Shown piece by piece: positions 63,715 through 64,000 of a DNA stretch of 64,000 nt. This DNA is from Octopus sinensis (Eukaryota): positions 4,836,001 to 4,900,000 of the forward strand of contig NC_043021.1 of NCBI RefSeq assembly GCF_006345805.1. Direction: 5' to 3'. Each line of letters opens with the position of its first letter. The first letter of the stretch is position 1. Position numbers and translations under genes: made by a program. A model generated the notes under the pieces. It saw nothing but the letters and a program-made list of their open reading frames with translations. It was not told the DNA's origin and did no database searches.

Positions 63715-64000
63715 CTGTGTGTGTGAATATATATACGTATATATATATATATACATGTATATATATATGTACATATATATGTATATATGTATATATAGTT
63801 GTATATATATGAATATATATATATATATATATATACATGTATATATACATGTATATATATATATATGTATATATACATGTATATATATATATGTATATAT
63901 ATACATGTATATTTATACATGTTTATATATGTATATATAGATACATAGGAATATACATGTATGTATACATATATAAGTATATATAAGTATATATATGTGT
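63660..64000. repeat. Compound (TA)n/(TATG)n microsatellite
   Basis: Directly visible. Confidence 0.97.

Overview
AT-rich, microsatellite- and transposon-dense animal genomic DNA, most likely an octopus or other coleoid cephalopod (inferred from the SINE and repeat families, not verified by search). One protein-coding gene is supported: a PLEKHM2/SKIP ortholog (N-terminal RUN domain, long linker, C-terminal PH region) on the + strand. I traced it by hand as 15 GT-AG exons from 22632 to the TAG stop at 50862. The phases are consistent and the exons total 3015 nt (1004 aa plus stop). The first coding exon was not found. The rest of the window is intronic or intergenic: at least four tRNA-type or tailed SINE families (here labelled A-D), RTE-, CR1- and Penelope-like retroelement remnants, Tc1/mariner remnants, piggyBac-, hAT- and Helitron-type non-autonomous elements, minisatellites, foldbacks and local duplications. 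Most ORFs in the supplied track are microsatellite or SINE artefacts. The most notable observations are: (1) a 403-bp TSD-flanked non-autonomous retroelement whose 5' end coincides with a compact HDV/CPEB3-like ribozyme fold; (2) a chimeric SINE pair with a ~220-bp duplicated flank; (3) interleaved inverted repeats and a perfect 39-bp hairpin; (4) a minisatellite starting at a splice donor and ending in decoy copies of the exon end; (5) absence of the W-acidic kinesin-light-chain motifs in the predicted SKIP. All alignments and divergence figures are manual estimates.
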